The position numbers and the translations under genes were made by a program. From the sequence record JN627160.1: a stretch of DNA of 40,000 nucleotides; one strand, given 5' to 3'. Of this stretch, positions 38,368 to 40,000 are shown piece after piece. Position 1 is the first letter of the stretch. Every line of letters begins with the position of its first letter. The notes beneath the pieces are model-generated. The model saw only the letters and a list, made by a program, of their open reading frames with translations. It was not told the origin of the DNA and ran no database searches. Source of the DNA: Pseudomonas phage OBP.

Positions 38368-38383
38368 TCTGGAGCTGTAACAA

Positions 38384-39895
38384 ATGAACAAGCTTAATAA
38401 ACTGTACGAAGCCATGCTGAAATCTTGGGGCTGTACTCTGTCTGCCGACGCAGCAATCAGCCTCAACTTCAGCGGCACCGTCGTACCAGTTACAGTAGAA
38501 GAGAAACAGGTATATCTGGCTACATCTGAAAACCTGAACGGCGTGACCATTGGTAAGGTATTCTTCCACCCGGCATGTGAATCCATCATGTCTAAAGAAA
38601 CCGAAATCTTTAAGGTCATCCGTAAACTGTCTACTGCCAAGATCTATGCCGTATTCCAGCCTATCTGCGAAGTTCTGTTTGCGGTAGCAGGTAAGAAATC
38701 CGGTAAGACCCTGACTGGTAAAATGATGGAAATGCTGGAACCGTTCAAAACGGTAACCAAAGCGGTTAAGCAGGAAGTACTTGATATCATCAAGACTATC
38801 TCCGTAACCATCGAAGATCAAAACGTGGATACTCGTCTGATCAGTTTTAACCTGATGAAAGGTGGAAAGACTGAAAACGACGAACCTATCTATTATACCG
38901 CAACTCCGAGCTTCCCGTTCTATACTGAACTGTATCGTACCGCAGCACAGAACGAACATCTGAAAGCTGCTGACCGTCTGAGCTTTAATGGGCTGAGTGT
39001 TTCTATGCAGGCGATGCGTGTTGTTATCGCTCTGTTCGAAATTGCAATCCCAGCGGTTATCGATCCAGCTCGTCATAAGTATGCAGCGACTACTCAGGAC
39101 GCAGCGCGTCTGACAGCATATCTGCATTCCTATGGTCTGGTTGTATCTGACATGAACAGTCTGATCGGTAAGTTCCGTAAAGAGTTCGATGCTATCGGCA
39201 TTTACGGTATTGATATTGACTGGTTGTCCGAACTGGACGAAATCAGCGAAATCAAGAAACTGATCCCGGCCCTGGATTATAACAACTACAACATGGGTTC
39301 TGCTCCAGAAGCACCAGCGGCTAATAGCGGCGCTCGTATTTCCAGCTATAACCCAGTTGCAGGTATGTTTAATTCTTCCAGTCAGTCCAACATCAATCAG
39401 GGTTCTGCAAACACAATTGCGTCTGCTCCGAAGATCCCTGATGCGATGCCAGGTGAGAACTACATCGGTTGTGATTATTCTCAGGCTAATGGTATTTATG
39501 AATATAAATTCCAGTGTAACAATGGCTTGGTTCGTGTACGTCGTCTGGCTGAAGATGGCCGCTTCATTTCTGAAGACTTCCAGAACCCGATGATGACTAA
39601 CATGAACGGTATGAACAACAATGGCGTTCCTCCACTGGGTATGGGTATGCCAAACATGATGATGCCTGGTATGGCTAACCCAATGATGATGAACATGATG
39701 GGATCTGGTATTCCAATGTTCGGCATGGGACAGCCTGGGATGGGTGCAATGGTTCGTGACCCATATACCGGTCAAATGGTAATGGCAGGTAACAACCAAG
39801 CTCAGAACAACGGTTTCCAACAGCCACAGAACAATGGCATTCAGTGGAACACCGGTATTGATCTCGGTTCAACTGCTGGCATCAACGACTACTAA
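38384..39895 (+). CDS. Large protein with Met/Gly/Asn/Pro-rich C-terminal low-complexity region (phiKZ gp70-like position)
   Basis: 503 aa; NGVPPLGMGMPNMMMPGMANPMMMNMMGSGIPMFGMGQPGMGAM. Confidence 0.6.
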   Translation: MNKLNKLYEAMLKSWGCTLSADAAISLNFSGTVVPVTVEEKQVYLATSENLNGVTIGKVFFHPACESIMSKETEIFKVIRKLSTAKIYAVFQPICEVLFAVAGKKSGKTLTGKMMEMLEPFKTVTKAVKQEVLDIIKTISVTIEDQNVDTRLISFNLMKGGKTENDEPIYYTATPSFPFYTELYRTAAQNEHLKAADRLSFNGLSVSMQAMRVVIALFEIAIPAVIDPARHKYAATTQDAARLTAYLHSYGLVVSDMNSLIGKFRKEFDAIGIYGIDIDWLSELDEISEIKKLIPALDYNNYNMGSAPEAPAANSGARISSYNPVAGMFNSSSQSNINQGSANTIASAPKIPDAMPGENYIGCDYSQANGIYEYKFQCNNGLVRVRRLAEDGRFISEDFQNPMMTNMNGMNNNGVPPLGMGMPNMMMPGMANPMMMNMMGSGIPMFGMGQPGMGAMVRDPYTGQMVMAGNNQAQNNGFQQPQNNGIQWNTGIDLGSTAGINDY

Positions 39896-39913
39896 GTCAT
39901 AATTAAAAAGTAA

Positions 39914-39948
39914 ATACCTACCTCCTACTGCATAGTAGGAGGTAGTAT
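39914..39948 (+). terminator. Intrinsic terminator
   Basis: ATACCTACCTCCTACT-GCAT-AGTAGGAGGTAGTAT (one bulge) followed by TCTTTTATT. Confidence 0.85.
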
Positions 39949-40000
39949 TCTTTTATTCACTTTTTCTTTTATTCTCTTCTTACTCGAGTAACCTGTATTA

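Noticed and set aside
38339-39820. 493-aa minus-strand ORF opposite 38384-39895
   Set aside because: Same artefact; the plus-strand ORF has coherent protein sequence, start spacing and a terminator.
1-40000. CRISPR arrays, tRNA or rRNA genes, insertion sequences and homing endonucleases
   Set aside because: I saw no direct-repeat/spacer pattern, no cloverleaf with CCA-adjacent acceptor I could defend, and no transposase or HNH/GIY motif. A tRNAscan-SE run would be needed to exclude tRNAs fully.

Overview
The window is a densely packed, almost entirely plus-strand segment of a tailed jumbo-phage genome. The gene content points to the nucleus-forming (phiKZ-like / Chimalliviridae) group, probably infecting an enterobacterial host. 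Anchors I can support from sequence are: a tubulin/FtsZ-like GTPase with the GGGTGAG signature (PhuZ candidate, 17822-18778); the palm-containing half of a split family-B DNA polymerase (21936-24014); a 635-aa strongly codon-biased protein that is the chimallin (ChmA) candidate (25443-27350); the N-terminal half of a multisubunit RNA polymerase beta' with Cys zinc site and DFDGD (27442-29034); a degenerate SbcD/Mre11-like metallophosphoesterase (32336-33469); an SSB-like protein with a Gly/Asn linker and acidic tip (34279-35067); and three large genes at the end whose order resembles the phiKZ gp68-gp69-gp70 block. The first 17.5 kb is mostly small unassigned genes. Main points from the hunt: (1) a two-gene putative anti-defence cassette downstream of the RNAP gene, a Tad1-like signalling-nucleotide sponge candidate (29783-30208) followed 10 bp later by an Acb1-like 2H phosphoesterase (30218-30679); (2) a four-copy promoter-like motif ATATTAT-N5-TGTATRWG with a further upstream block in three copies, including one copy ahead of chmA; (3) tandem beta-helix-like paralogues (12862-13834); (4) a single inverted gene next to chmA; (5) many long-stem terminators. 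All homology calls come from motif reading and remembered family knowledge; no database search was run.
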